Positions 1 through 13,515 of a DNA stretch of 64,000 nt are shown here, in pieces. The translations under genes and the position numbers were made by a program. The notes beneath the pieces were generated by a model that saw only the letters and a list, made by a program, of their open reading frames with translations, was not told the DNA's origin and did no database searches. The stretch comes from Lama glama. Taxonomy: Eukaryota. The stretch is from NCBI GenBank assembly GCA_028534125.1, contig CM052816.1:100566001-100630000 (forward strand), given 5' to 3'. The stretch's first letter is position 1. Each line of letters opens with the position of its first letter.

Positions 1-1122
1 GCTGAAGCTGCCGGGGCGAGACGGCGTGGCTCCCCGAGGACCCCCAACCCCCAGACACCTGCCCAGGCAGCAGGGGGGCGAGGCCCGTGGAGGCCCAGCC
101 CAGAAGCCCAGCAAGGCCTCCGGGGGTCACCCTGGTCCTCGGTGGCAGAGGTGGCAAGTCAGGGGGTGCTCGCTGGGCCCAGACCACCTGCAGGGCACAG
201 GCAGCTCACCCGGCACCCGCATCAGGGCCGCAGCCCAGGCAGCCGGCTCCCAGAGGGTGGGGCTGCGAACCTGCTGCCCAGGGGTTAGGGTGCCTTCCTT
301 CCACGGGTCGTCATGCTGTCCACTCCCATGTCTTCGTGCTGCGCCCTGGAATCACAGACCTGAGACCCAGGGTTTCACAGGGGACTGCTGGCCACACTCC
401 TGGCCCCCGTCTGTGTTGCGCACAGGCCCCTGTCATCTCAGGCACCTGAAGGTCAACCCTGGGGAGCAGGTGGGTGGCCCTCAGGGCGTCTGGTTATTTT
501 CTAAAGAAATAGCCGGAGAGAACCTTTCAGGAAATGAATTTTACTATTTCAAAGCGCCAGTCAAATTTTGACTTTTGAAACAGACGTGTTTAAGGCCAAC
601 TCGTCCTCTTTATTTCTGATTACTTTATAAACCTGCATGTATCTGAGTCTCCACACTCCTCACTCATATTTACGTCTGAAATATCTGGGCAATAGTATTT
701 TTAACAATGGTTGTCACCACCTAATCTAACAAATAGAATTTTCCATCACAAAGGGACCCTGGAGGTTACTGGTCCAGCACGCCCAGAGCGGGGCTCCCTG
801 ACTTCCACGCAGCTCTGCTGGGGGCTCACGGCTGCTCGGGGGAAGAGGCGTCTCCAGCGAGAACGGCAGGACACCGCCAGCACCGCTGTCCCTGGACGCA
901 CCAGCACGTCACGGCTTGTGCTGAAGCTGAAGGTGTCACTGAAGAATCTGGACGTGAGAAACACTGCCTCTCCTTTCTTTCTGATAGCACGTCTGTCTGT
1001 CTGTCTGTCTGTCGTGCTCGTTGATCAGTCCATCTATCTCATCTTTGCCAAGCTTGAGAAACTGATCTGACTCCGGCATTTCATTTTCCAGAGCAAGACC
1101 TGTGGTCCCGAGGTCCAAATGC

Positions 1123-1240
1123 TTTTTTTTAAATTTTATCTATTTTGAGGGGGTAACTATGCTTATTTACTTATTTCTTGGTGGAGGTGCTGGGGATTGG
1201 ACCCAGGACCTCGTGCCTGCTAAGAACACACCCTCCCCCC
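1123..1240 (-). mobile_element. Vic-1-like tRNA-derived SINE (camelid), degenerate, A-box region partly lost
   Basis: Poly-T, then 'tatttacttatttcttggtggaggtgctggggattggacccaggacctcgtgcctgctaag...ccctccccc', which is the reverse complement of the SINE at 29671; degenerate TSD gtccaaatgctt / gtccagattctt. Confidence 0.75.
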
Positions 1241-2508
1241 CACAGTCCAGATTCTTGAATCAGGACGAGTTTGCTTTCAGTTCCTGTGCAAACCAGCTGG
1301 CAAGTTGGGGTGTGTGTCTATCAAGACCCCCCTTGAATGGAGGCAACTCCTGTTTCGTGATTGTGTTAGGAATCCCACAAGTCAGGCTGCACGTGAAACC
1401 TGTATCCTACTGGGCGTTCTTTCTTTCTGTACGTAAATCATCACCTTCTGCTCATAATGCACTGTGATCGTGTTGGGAGCATGTAGACACATTTCAGACA
1501 GAATTTTAATAGAAAGAGCAAAGTGTTACAACTCCTGGTAAAGCCCGTGTCGAGTGCTTACATGCGTTCAAGCTTCTTTTTGTTTGTACGTAGACCCGTC
1601 CTTACGTCGAAGCGGGAGGGACAGAGGAGTGGGGAGACAAGAGTGGAGAGGACGTGGGTAGAGGACAGAGCGGGGAGCCCCACGCGGGACAGCGCCTCCC
1701 AGGTCCTGGGCTCTCAGAGGGAGGGGTCTCGGGCGCAGATTCCAGAGGGCGTCTCTGCCACGTGTTCCGGGACAGTCACAGCAATGTCACTCCCTCCAGG
1801 GTCACGTCCGTAAGGCCTGGCTTTAAAATGTGCCTTCCACGTGGCCCTGGTCACCTTACATTGAGACTTTCATCCACAGTCGTTTCTCTTTTCCCGAAAA
1901 ATGGTATAAATCAGGTTATAACACGATCGGCCCCTTCCGTCAGGTGACTCTGAAGGGACAGTCCTCTGCGACCAGGCCTTTTTGGAAGATGTATTGGACT
2001 TTAATAAAATTTGATCAATGCATTTAAGTCAAATTGAATTATATGTAAGTGGATAGGGTTGACATATGTTTCAATATCTGCGAGTGATACATTATTCTCC
2101 AGTGAGCATAAAATTTAATGAAATATAAATACCCATTAATCCTCATGTTTCAACCAATCAGTCACTGTTGCTCCTGCCTGCTGTGAGCAGAAGCGGGCCC
2201 AGAAAGTCATCTGTTTCATCTAGGCAGGAGCTCCAACCTGGAAAGACATCAGAAGGGGAGAGGAGCGGGGAGCCCGGGACGGGAAGACTGCCAGCGCCTT
2301 CGCGGGACGCGCCCTGCAGGGGCGAGTGGCGGCTGGCGCTGCCTTTCAGCTCCAGTCTGCAGAGGTGTCTGCTGCCTTTGAAAGCGTTGGGAGAAAGGAG
2401 AACGGGGTGGAGTGATGCCGCCTTTGTTCCCCAAGCATGTTCTCTCCTTCTTGTTTCATAGCGGCCCTGTCGTTAGACGCCGTGCAAAGTGCCGGGAAAG
2501 GAGGCACC

Positions 2509-2562
2509 GCCGCAGGGGACACCGAGGCCAGAGGGGACACCAAGGCCGCAGGGGACACCGAG
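2509..2562. repeat. 18-bp tandem repeat x3 (gccgcaggggacaccgag)
   Basis: Units at 2509-2526, 2527-2544 and 2545-2562, read directly. Confidence 0.9.
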
Positions 2563-2750
2563 GCTGCGGACGGTGCCGAGAGGGTTTCACTGTCCCGGGG
2601 TGGGGGGGTCACCATCATCTTCCCTTGAGACACATACACGGAAGTATACAGATAGGAGTGGTAAGGCAGTCGGCTAAGTTCACCACCAAATGAGCATCTG
2701 GTTATGTTGATTAACATGGCTTTTCCCCTTTGATGCTAAGAAACAGTCTC

Positions 2751-2873
2751 AAAAGAATCTGAAGAATATATACACGTGTGTATGTGTATGTACAACCGAA
2801 TCGCTTTGTTGTACAACTGAAACTGACATTGTAAACCAACTGTATTTCAATAAAAATTAAGAATTAAAAAAAT
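2751..2873 (+). mobile_element. L1 3' terminal fragment (cetartiodactyl-type)
   Basis: 'gaatcgctttgttgtacaactgaaactgacattgtaaaccaactgtatttcaataaaa' plus A-rich tail matches the typical L1 3' end. Confidence 0.75.
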
Positions 2874-5800
2874 CACCCTTGATGACAGTGGGGCAGCCAG
2901 AACCTGCCTCCCGCGCGGAGGACCCCCCTTCCATCGCTGGGCCTGGGTCCCCCGTGCTCTGTGCCCTCCGGCCAGGAGCTGAGGCAGCGCTTTGATGAGT
3001 TCCAGCTTCCGTGAGGACAGCTGTCCTCAGTGGGCGGACAGAGAAGTCGTGCGTCTCAGAGAGAGCTGGGCGTCTGAAGGCCCCCCTTCCCATCGCTGGG
3101 CCGGGTCCCCCCTGCTCTGTGCCTCTGCTGCCCTCTCCCCACCAAGGCGGCTGGGGGTCCCTTCCAGACACGCAGAGACTCGGACTGGCGGTGAGGGGTC
3201 ACCTGGGGTTACGTGACAGAGCTTTTTATCCCGAATGCCATGTTTCTCAGGGGTCACTGTGTCCCTAGCCGAGAGTCTCTGCTGGTCTAACAGAGTCAGA
3301 CCGTTCAAGACGCGGCCCACTGGCCTGTCACCCCCTTGGCCCACTGCTGCCTGACACCGGGTGAGCAGGGGGCTTGGTGCCAGAAGCACCAGGAGCGCCG
3401 GGAGCGCTGTGCCGACCTGGCTCTCCAGGTCCAGGCTGCTCCCTAGGGAGGCAGGCGGACGCGGGAAACTGTCAGAATCCAGAGACACAAAGGCAGCACA
3501 TGAAAGGACTGTGGGGACAGAAGGGCAGGGACCCCGGGAGGGCAGCCCACGCCGTCCATGCTAAGGCCACACTGCAAGGAGCTGAGGATGGAACCCAGCT
3601 GGAGTTGGTCCCCAGCCCCGGCTTATGTGGCCCCAAACCGTGTAACTGTGCATAACAGGTTTTCCAAGAACAACACCCACTGCCGCAGCTGAACAGGGAA
3701 CGGGCAGCCGCCTTCCTGGGAGGTAGACCAGTGCTGGGGAGGACAGCGCGGATGGCATGTGCTTTTGCGGGGAGAGGGGTGCAGTCTCCGCCTCTGGGGG
3801 CTGGGGGGCTCCCTGAAGGATCTGCCCCGGGCAGGGCTCAGGCCTGCCGAACAGAGAGCCTGCTCTCCTCCCGCGCCTGCTGCTGTGCCGGAGATGGGCA
3901 CGCCAGTGCTTTCTTTACAAACACAGGAAAAAGCCACTCACGAGAAACATTTGTGAGAGAGGCTGGGCCCCTGAAGTCCAGCTGAGTCTATCTAGAGACG
4001 GAGTTTTAGTTAATTGGATGGAAATTTGTGGTATCACGAACATATTTCTTGACATTTCCTCCCATACCTGACTCCCAGTACATTAATTTATATACCATTG
4101 CACTGAAGAAGGATCTCTTCTCATTCTTATTTCATAGACGAGGGCCAAGAGCCCTCAATCAGATACACTTAAGTGGCCCACACCCAGGAGGCCCACGTCT
4201 GCCTGCCGTCCAGCCAAAGCTCGCAACCTGCATGCTGGCTGCCCCCTCCAGCCCAGAGTCCCACAGTAAATTTTGCTTTGTGACTAATTTCATGCATGTC
4301 TTGGAATCTGAGCTGTGTGTGGCCACAAAGGCCCGTTTACTTTTAAAAAGCTATTTTCTGGTCCAGAAGATGAGTGGAGGCTGAGTCCAGGCACGTCTCC
4401 TGATCTGCCCCCCCGGGACTCGGCTGACCCGGGGTTCTCGTGGGAGGCCTCCGGGTCACGGCTGGACCAGAGGCTCCCTGTTGAGTGAGCATTTGAACCA
4501 CAGCTGTTTTCACTTTGCTCTGGAGTTTAGGGCTACAAGAAGGAGCCTGGGTGTGACCATAATTAGCACGAAGCAGAATTCAAGTCACTTGAGGTAAGGT
4601 TCACACCTGCCCTTTGACTTTCCGATGGGCGGCTCCCCAGGGCAGACCCGCTGGGCAATCAGCACCACGCTGGGCTCAGGGCACGTGTTGGCTGTCCCCG
4701 AGACCCCGCCTTGGCCGTCGTCATCACGTCGGATGGCAGCTGGCACCCTTTTCTGTGCAGACACGTTTGTGAGAAATTGTGTCATGTAATCAGAGGCCTT
4801 CTGTGTCCTCCGTGACGGGGAGCCCTTCAGTGGCCGTGGTCCACATCCGAGGGCTGGCCCAGGGCAACGCTGCCTCCTCCCGGCGCCGACACCCTCCCAC
4901 GAGCCCTTCGCCTGGCCGTGGGAAGACGAGCTGAGCCCCAGACACGCCCCTCCTTCGAGCGTGTGCACGGGGGTGTGTCCGCAGGGCGGCCGAGGCTCCC
5001 AGCTCAGCGCTTGGTATCCCTTCCCTGGAGGGAGACCAGCCATGGCTCCCGTTTCCACAGCTCAGAGGACGACGATGAAAACCGAGTTCTAATAGAAAGG
5101 GAAACAACAAAAGACCTCACTTCCCTTCACTTATTTGCAGAATTGAGGGACGGGCGTGGGTTCCTGTCCCTAGGACTCCCCCCAGGAGCAGCTTCAAGAG
5201 CCACCCTCTGCCCACCTCCTCCACATGCAGGTGCGTGGCGGGTCTGCAGGCGGCTCCCCTCCTGGGAGGACGTGCTGGGTGGCTCAGGGGCTTCGCGGCC
5301 CGTGAGGCAGGGTCCACGTCTGGGACAGCATCTTCCCTGGGCTCCTCTGTCCTCCCGTTTCTTTCCCAGCTGGGGTCTCGTGGAGAAGCCGGGAGACAGA
5401 AGCTGGCCTGAGCGTCCCGTCGGCTCTGTGGACATGAGTGAACATGCCTGCCTTCCTCGTGTCCCTTCCTCCCCTCCGACCCCCAGCGAAGTCACCCCCA
5501 GAGCACGGCGCACGAGGCCGCAGGGCAGGACCAGGCGAATGACGGCCAGTCCCCGGCACGCACGTCCTGGGTTAGATCCCACCAGGACGGGAGGGCTGTG
5601 TTCTCGTGACAACATCGCTGGTACAACATGTGCACGGTCGCAAGGACGGACCGCGGGCGTGGTTCCCTCTGGAGCAGGACACACGATCCTCGGGACAACC
5701 GTGTGGGCTGGGGGCCCACGGCCCGCTTGGCTCCAAGGGCGACAGGCGGTGGTGGGTCTGAGGCGAGGCCTGCACTGTGGCCGGTTGTGCCCATGGCACT

Positions 5801-7934
5801 TCACAGACTCCTTTCCAGTCAGCACCTTTCCGTGGAACTCAGGCAGCTTTGAAGCAGCTTGAGGCTAAAGCGTGATTTATTGGAATAAGTAATATATTAG
5901 GAAGTAGCTGGACATCAGGTCACCCTGTCCTTAAGTCTCCCAGGCAGTCGACGGGGGAAGGCCTGGCGTGGTTGTCGGTAGCCGTGCAACCAGCGCCGGC
6001 AGCCCCGCAGCGCCCGCCCACCGCCATCTTCCTCCTCAGACCGGGCGTCGCGGGAAGGACAGCCACACCAGAAACCTTCGAGTGAGTCGCCCTGAGCACA
6101 GGGAATCAGAAGGGTCTTGCATGGAGGCCGTCCAGCGGGAATGGAGACACGAGACCAGTAGGAACATCGTGAAACTGAAGTGCGCCTTTATTTTAATTTT
6201 TAAGAATCTCTTTTTTCAGATGCTTCACTTCTCATCGCTTCCCACTGGTAGGAACAAACGTCAGACTCGGGTGCCTGATCCGACATGGTGTCCGGGCTTT
6301 GGGGTCAATGTGTCAGAGAAATGCCCTCACGTAACGTGCTCCGTCTCCAGCCACCCTCGAAGCAAAACTGCGGAGAACTTGTTGGCTGGCATTTGGCACT
6401 ACTTCATCCGGCCAGACCCCCACGGCCTGATAACTGAGTGGCCGGGCATGGCCAGCGGGACTGTCGTCAGCCAGCACACGGCGAGCCCTGGTGTTCGAGC
6501 GTTCCAGACCGGAGGCCCCTTGAAGCCACCCATCGTGCAGATGGCCGGCCGCCTAGTGCTCGAGCCGAGGAGGCAGCTCAGCCTGCGGGTCTGCATCTCC
6601 GCTCGCGTCCAGCCCCGAGCCGCTTATCAGTTACCCTGTCTCAGCCCCGAGCTCGCCTCCTGCAGGAACTCGGCCGGGCTGCGCGGGGCTGGCCTTGCCG
6701 CGGCATCTCTCCCGGGCAGCTCGCCCGTCAGGCTCCGCCTGCAGGGGCGCTGCTGGAGAGGAGCCCAGGGTGGGGGAAGGATGAAGGCCCTTGGTCCTCC
6801 CATGTCCCTGCTGCCCTGGAGGGCGCCTCACCAGCGTGGCCTTCGGTTGGGCCCAGAGTCCTGATTCTAATGTTCCCACGTGCCCAGGAGCGGCCTCCCC
6901 TCCAGACACCAGCCTGGGCGGGCATCACCGCCTCCTCTGGGGGGTCTGGGTCCAGCTCTACGGGGCCGTCCTCCAAGCTCTCAGCCCGTCCCCAACCGGC
7001 CCCAGTGTGAGGGTGCAGCCTGCTTGCACCGAGACCCTGTCACCTCAGGGATCCGCGTATGGTTCCCGATTCTCCAGTACCCGTTTAAGCAACTTCCTAC
7101 ACTAAATTCTTTCTGTTAAAATTGTGAGTGTCGTTTCTGAGTTCAACTGGACTTTCGACTAAGTGCTCACAAGTCCAGAACACCCGAGAAGCTGGAAGGT
7201 GAGAAAAAACTTATTCTGAGCCACCAGAGTGGGCGTCACGGGTCTGCACGCCCGCGGCTGTTCTGTCTCGGGCTGGGGATGCAGAGCAGGCGCCAAAGCC
7301 GAGTGAGCCCCGCCCCAGTGGGCGCGGCCCCTGGAGACCCCGCCGGCACCAGCCCTGCGTCAGGGACTGTGCTGTGAAGAGATGCAGCGCCGCTCCGGGG
7401 GCTTGGCAGAGAGAGCCGTTCATTCCGAGGTGGCTGGTTTCACAGGGGAGGTAAGAGCTGCGTCGGACATTGGAGGACGAGGAGTCCGGCCGGCCGAGGG
7501 GGGCCGGGTGCTCTGCAGTGAGGACACAGCATGGCACAGAGACGTTCCTCTCCTAGATGGACTTTTGCCTCCTGCCCTCATCCGGAGCCTTCAGACTCCC
7601 CCAGTGGAAGTAATCCCAGCAAGATTAGAGGTGGAAACTTGGAAGCAGTTAGGGGCCCACACATGTGGTCCTGGAGGTCTTCATACCGAAAGGAGCACAG
7701 TCTCTTAGCAAAGACTATACACGGACCGCATAATGCGGATAGAAACTTTACTAAAAGAGTCCAGGGCCAGCCCTCTGAAGTCCTCATTCGGTTCTGAGGC
7801 TTTGAGGAGCAAGACACGATTGCAGAGTGATGGCTGAGTCCCGCACGGCCGATTCAGCTGCTCTAAGCTCAGCCTGAGCAGGTTGAATGTGGGACGGTTT
7901 CAGGGACATATTCACTTTTAGGCTAATACCCCCC

Positions 7935-8076
7935 CCACACACACACACAGACACCTCCACACACACACACAGACACCTCCACACACACACACAGACGCAG
8001 ACACCTACACATACACACACACAGACACACATAGTTCCCCCCACACACAGACAAACACACACACACACACACACAC
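7935..8076. repeat. Compound (CA)n microsatellite
   Basis: Interrupted CA runs with repeated 'gacacctccacacac'. Confidence 0.95.
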
Positions 8077-9239
8077 CCCGACGCATACATATAAGGAAGT
8101 TTCAGTGTCTAGAGGGGGACGAACACGGTCCAGCATGACCCACCCCGCCGGGCTGGGAGGGGAGTTCACCAGGTACCCCCGGGTACTCAGCCTGCCAGCG
8201 ACACCTGTGTTTGGGGGCGTCAGATCGTCTGTGTCCACTGGGAAGACCACAGCCCGTTTGGTGGGCACACGGGGGCATCAGTGGGCTCTGGGCTCACAGA
8301 GTCAGGCCCGCAGCGGAGGGACGCCGGCTGCACCTGACCCGGCAGAGGTGGCCAGGAGGCACGTTCCCACCGATGGCGGCGCCCACGGCCGTGCCGGGGA
8401 TTCTCCCACAAGGTGCCTGTCCCCCGGCTCTCATGCAACCTCATGTCCGCTCCTTTCACACGGAGCCCCCCGCCTCCCTCCCTCCAGCCTGCAATGCCAA
8501 GACGAGCCTGTCAGTCTGGGCTGCGTGCATCGGCCCTCCTGGCTCGGCCCCCGCGCTGCTCAGCCCGAGGCTCTGCCCACAGTCCCAGGCTTTATGTCCC
8601 ATCAAAGGCTCCTCTGTTTTCCTGAATCCTTGCCTGAGAAGACGCTGCGGTGCAGCCAACATGAGGTCTCGTGGGGGCCTGCCTGTCACTGTGCTCGGAG
8701 GCTGTCTCTGGCTGCTGGGGCAGCTGCCCGAGGAGGGACGTCCTCAAGGTCGAGGCTCCTCCCGTTCCCCAGTGTCGGGATCCCACTGCCTGGTCCAGAA
8801 GCACAGGGAGGGAACCAGGCGAGGCTCTGGGCAGAGGGCAAACCCTGGACATCAGGGCTGGGCGGCTCTGGAGAAGGGTCCCGAGGCCTCGGCAGCCCCT
8901 CCCGGGTGGACGGGGCGGGGGGCCTCTGGGAACCCACAGACCCGACGGTGGATGGAGGTTCTGACGAGTCCTGATGCTCAGTTTGGTCCTCGGTGATGCC
9001 AAGAGTGGCCGGAGCCACGTGTTTTAGAAACAACCAACCAGAAAACATGCTTTGTGAGGGGCAGTTAATGTCCTTTCTCTGGGGCTGAGGCCACCCCCAG
9101 GGACTCCTGACAACTTGCCGGACTCGTCACCCCTGCTGGACGCGTGTTCCCCACCCCGTTCCCTCCAATTCCCCCCTGGGGGTCTGTGTGACCGTCTGTA
9201 ACAGAGTTTTAGGGAACAAGTAACTCAATCAAGGTAACC

Positions 9240-9510
9240 AACCAGCAAACCCTGAAGCTGGGGTTCCGGCCCAGGCAGCCGCCCCCGGGACCCCTCCCGC
9301 CCCGCAGACCCCGGCTCTGAAGGGCGGGCCATCACCGGCCGGGTGCGGCCGCGGACCGCAGGCCAGGGGGCCCCGAGCTGCGGGAAGCCGCCAGAGGAGC
9401 ACGGAACAGACCCACCCGGCCCTCAAGAAGGTCTCGAGGCAGGAAGCGGGAGCCGGGGCGGACGCGAGGCGGGGGAGCGCCTGAGCGCGCTCGCGTGCGT
9501 TGGTGGGGTG
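9240..9510. promoter_or_regulatory. Small CpG-rich island
   Basis: Dense CpG, GC boxes (gggcgg), NotI-type gcggccgc, gcgcgctcgcgtgcg. Confidence 0.45.
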
Positions 9511-11439
9511 GGGTGAGAGGGCCCGTCTCTAGGAAGTATTGTAATTCGACATTCAGCACGCTTGAACCTTTGCTTACATACGCACACTCATGTCCTGCTA
9601 CGGACCTGTGTCAGACAGACAGACACAGATACAGACAGAAGGTTTCAGGCACTTCCTTGTCAGTGTCAACTGACCCTCGGAAGCTCTGCCCTGAGTAGAG
9701 ACACCCTGCTTCCTGCCTGCGGGAAGAGGAAGACAACGGGGGGCCAGGCTCCTCAGCTGAAGCTGAAATCTCGCCGAGCCCCCGCCCCGAGCTGCGGCAG
9801 CAGAGGGACGGGCTGTTCAAAGTCCAGCAAGGCTCTTTGCTGCTGTTTCTGACACTCCCGGAAAACCGCAATGCGCTCAATCGGAACCACGTTTTACAGA
9901 CTGACTTCCGTTGAGCCAGTCTCCCTACATTTAGCATTAACTTGCAGCTCCCTGTGACTTCCCACTGGGCAGGGGAGCCCGTTTTTTTTTTTTTTCCCTC
10001 CCATTTTGAGTCATTCCCCTAGGTCACATCGGAAGGTACACAGGTAGAGAAAATGACATTTAAGGCTGCTCAGCGCCCGCGTGGCCAAGGGGCGGTGGCT
10101 CCCTCCTCGGTGTCGCTTCGCAGGATGAAGCGTGGCTCTGCTCAGGCTGGTGGGGGGTGTTCAGCCCTGCCTGGACCTCTGGCCTGAACGTGGACAGCGG
10201 TCCTTTCACGTTGTGATGGCCGTGACGTTGGCAGACATTAGGGCGGCGTCCCCAAGCCGTGTCCTGCAGGGCATCAGCACTTTATAGGATGCTGACCGCT
10301 CCCCTCAAAGAAAGGGTCGTGTGCCCATTTCAAGGCTCAGGGGGGAAGACCGAGGAAAACAAGGTAACAGTTTGCTTTTGTTTCAACAAAGGCTTTTTCA
10401 GGACTTCTGGTGTGCTCCCAGCAATGAAGGAGCAATGGCGTGCCCGGTCTCACTGGGCCAAGCGTCCTTTCGCCAGACCGGCACCTGTGAGCAGCTGCAC
10501 TTGGCCGTCTTTCGCCTCTGCAAGGGCACCAGAATTCCCTGGACACAGCTGTGGGTCACAGGGGTTGGGGCCAGCCACGCAGAAGAGGGGCTGGGGAGAC
10601 ACGGCTGGATGCCCAAGACCTTCCAGGACGCCCGGCCTCAGCACGTCCGCCAGGGAGCCAGGGAACAGACAGAGGACCCGAGCTTCCACCCACTGACCCC
10701 CGACCCTTCGTCCCGTGTCCGTTCGGTCCACACTCCTGAAGAATCCCCCGAGTGTCAAATTAAGCGTTTTCCTGAGGCCGCTCCTCACCGATACTTTACT
10801 TGTATCAACGTGCTTTAGTTGCTGTCTCTGTCACTCGCTTACTATCTGCCGATGTTAACGTTCTCAGAGGTGCGAGATTCGTCCCCCAGAGGCAGCGCCT
10901 TGTCCAGGTTCATTCTCTCTTTCCGAGGTTGCAATTCAACACAGCCGTGAAATAAGACGTAAAAATAAGTGTCCCCGAGACGCCGGGACGCAGGGGTGAG
11001 AAGATGCCGGCGGACGTCGCCGCCAGCAGGACCTGCAGACACGAGGCGTGAGAGCTGGCCTTCGCCAGAGCGAGGACATCGAGAGGCTCAGAGTGAGGAG
11101 CGGAGGGGCCCCCAGGGAACCGGCTCCGACGCGAATCGGACGGGACGTCTTTGAGGCTCTGGGACTGAGAGGGACTCCATCGGATTAACGCTGTGCAGAG
11201 GCGGCTCTGGCTTCTCCTGAGGGGCGCCGCCCAGAGCAAGGGTGGGGGCGTGAGTCCTTCTGTACTTGGCCAGGGTCGGAGCAAGGACGTCAGAACAGGA
11301 GACAGGCTGGAGCTGGCCACCATCCGCAGATGGAACCCACAGGACGCACTGCTGGGCTGAAAGTCCGAGAGGACCCTAACGCTCTTCTACCCGAGCGGAC
11401 AGCCGAGTTGTCCTACTGCAGACGTGGAGAGAGCAGGTT

Positions 11440-11690
11440 TCGGGGAGAAGAGGGAGCTGGTTTGGACATGTGACATCGGGCACCCTGTTAGACGCTGATT
11501 CGTGTACACATTGGGCTACGGGGGCCTGAGCCCCGGGGGAGTTTCAGGACTGAGATAGGAACTGTGCAGTCGTCAGCAAATGGATGGGACTTAAGCCAAG
11601 CCTGAGACCAGGTGAATGAGGTTTAATGGGGAAAGAAGTCCAAACAGCGAGGCTGGGCGTTCCCGTGACCTGGCCAGAGCGGCGGCCGAG
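11440..11690 (-). mobile_element. Ancient L2 LINE fragment
   Basis: 'tttggacatgtgacatc...ggactgagataggaactgtgcagtcgtcagca' resembles the antisense L2 consensus (ttttggacatgttgag...ggagtcatcagca). Confidence 0.55.
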
Positions 11691-13449
11691 CAGCCAGTGA
11701 TGGTGGACGATGGGCGGGGGACCCGTGAGTGAGGGTCCTCGCACTGCTCCCAGATGATGGGTCCACGGAGAGGACCCCATGAGCAAGGGGTCCTTGACTC
11801 CAGGGAGCAAAGTCTCCCCAGGGCAGAACGCTGACTGTCACCCCTGCTGCCATATTAGCCCTGGGCTCGCTAACCTGGGGTCCTCCATGCCTCCGTGAGA
11901 GCGAGGCTCGGAGGGTGAGTCAGCCAGCACCTGAGCAGAGGGGGATGAAGAGGGGAGATGCCCACACCTGTGATGGGTCGCCCTTCCCAGTGAGTGTGAA
12001 AGGTGACCCGAGTCTACACCACCAGAGGGAGCTCCCTGAAGAGCACACAGGCGCGAACCTCAAACCAGACCAGAGCCCGTGGCCTCTTCTTCTAGCCCTG
12101 CCTTTGGCGGTGAGACTGGCATCGCCACCCAGGACGGTTCCACACGTGGTGCAGGATAAAGAACGTGAGCACTTGCACTGGTGTCAGCGTGAAAGGAAGG
12201 AGAACAGACGCGGCTGGACACTGCGGTCCTGAGTCTGGACTGGAAGTGTGAGCATGCGCTTAGGACAATACTATCCTTTTCGAATTCACAGTTGTCCTGG
12301 CTCTGGAAGGTGGGAAGGCGTCCCCTGGCACCTGCCCCGGGGTCTCTGGGGCCCCAGCGCAAGAGAGGCAGTGGAGGCTGGCCCCCAGCTGGGCTGGGAG
12401 GGCTCACTCCAGCAGAGGGGGTGGCGGTCCAGAGGCAGGCGGGGTGCACACAGCCTGGAGCACACGGCCACCCTGAGCAAAGCAAGGCCACCTGCCGAGG
12501 GCCGGGAGGGTGAGCAGGCATGCAGGTGTGCGGGGGAGGTGTGACCCAGCTCTCCAGAGCCTGGGTCTGGGGCGTCGGGGGGGACACAGGTTAGCTTAGC
12601 CGGGGAGGAGGGTGTCTGGCCGCGCTGTGCTCAGAGGCGCCAGACGTGCGGCCCTCTCTGACCAGTGGGGCCGTCAGCACCACGGAGTGGTCGGCACAGG
12701 GGCTGGAATCATCGAGAATCTTGTAGCACTGGTGTGCAGAGAGGCCCCTGAAGGGACGGAGGGGAGTTCTAGGGTGTGGGTCACCCAAATCAGCAGGGCT
12801 AGCCCAGCTCAGCAGATTCGAAGGAGGCTGCTTTAGGCAGGAGGCAGAGAGAATGGTCTGGGAGCAGCAGCGAGGAGCGCGGGCCCGGGCTGGGTGCTGG
12901 CTGGACGAGGCAGTGAGACTCCCACCGCCGGAGGGGGCGGGGGCGGGGCCCTTGAGGCCCACTTACAGAAAAGGGGGCCAATGAGAGAAGAGGCGGAGAC
13001 AGGCTGGCCCCGTTCCAGAGGGAGAGGGGTCACTTCCCAGAGTTGGCAAGGGGTGGACTAGGGGCTCACAGACGAGCGCCACAGCACAAGGGGGCTGGGC
13101 TGCCCGGGGGACGCAGAGTCTGGGAGGAAACAGGGACGTGAGCTCCGGCTGCAGCGACGCCACGAGTGCAGTGAGAGGCGGTGAGGTGGGGGGTGGGAGC
13201 CCGCTCACGTGATGGGAACCCTCAGAAAAAAGAGAAGGAATGAGAAAAACCCAGGCCTCGCAAATTCCCAGCTGTGTGCCGCCTCTGCCCCGCTGATCAG
13301 AAGCAGAAGCATCAGCAGGAGGAGATGGGTGGAGGGAAAGACTACGCCGGGTCAACGATCATACAACCGTTCACGGGAAGAAACACAGAGGAGCCCCTCC
13401 TGTGGAGGCACGGAGGGCTTCGCAATGCGTTAGAGCGAAGACTGTGTCG

Positions 13450-13515
13450 CAAAACGTGGACACCAGAAATGACACATTGTAACTGACTGTACTTCAGTAA
13501 TAATAATAAAAAAGA
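13450..13515 (+). mobile_element. Short L1 3' end remnant
   Basis: 'acaccagaaatgacacattgtaactgactgtacttcagtaataataataaaaaa' is typical of the camelid L1 terminus. Confidence 0.55.

Noticed and set aside
4918..8974. Long ORFs of 230-314 aa (4918-5862, 5968-6864, 8105-8974 and overlapping ones)
   Set aside because: Pro/Arg/Gly/Ala-rich, open on several frames and both strands, no recognisable domain; expected in GC-rich DNA
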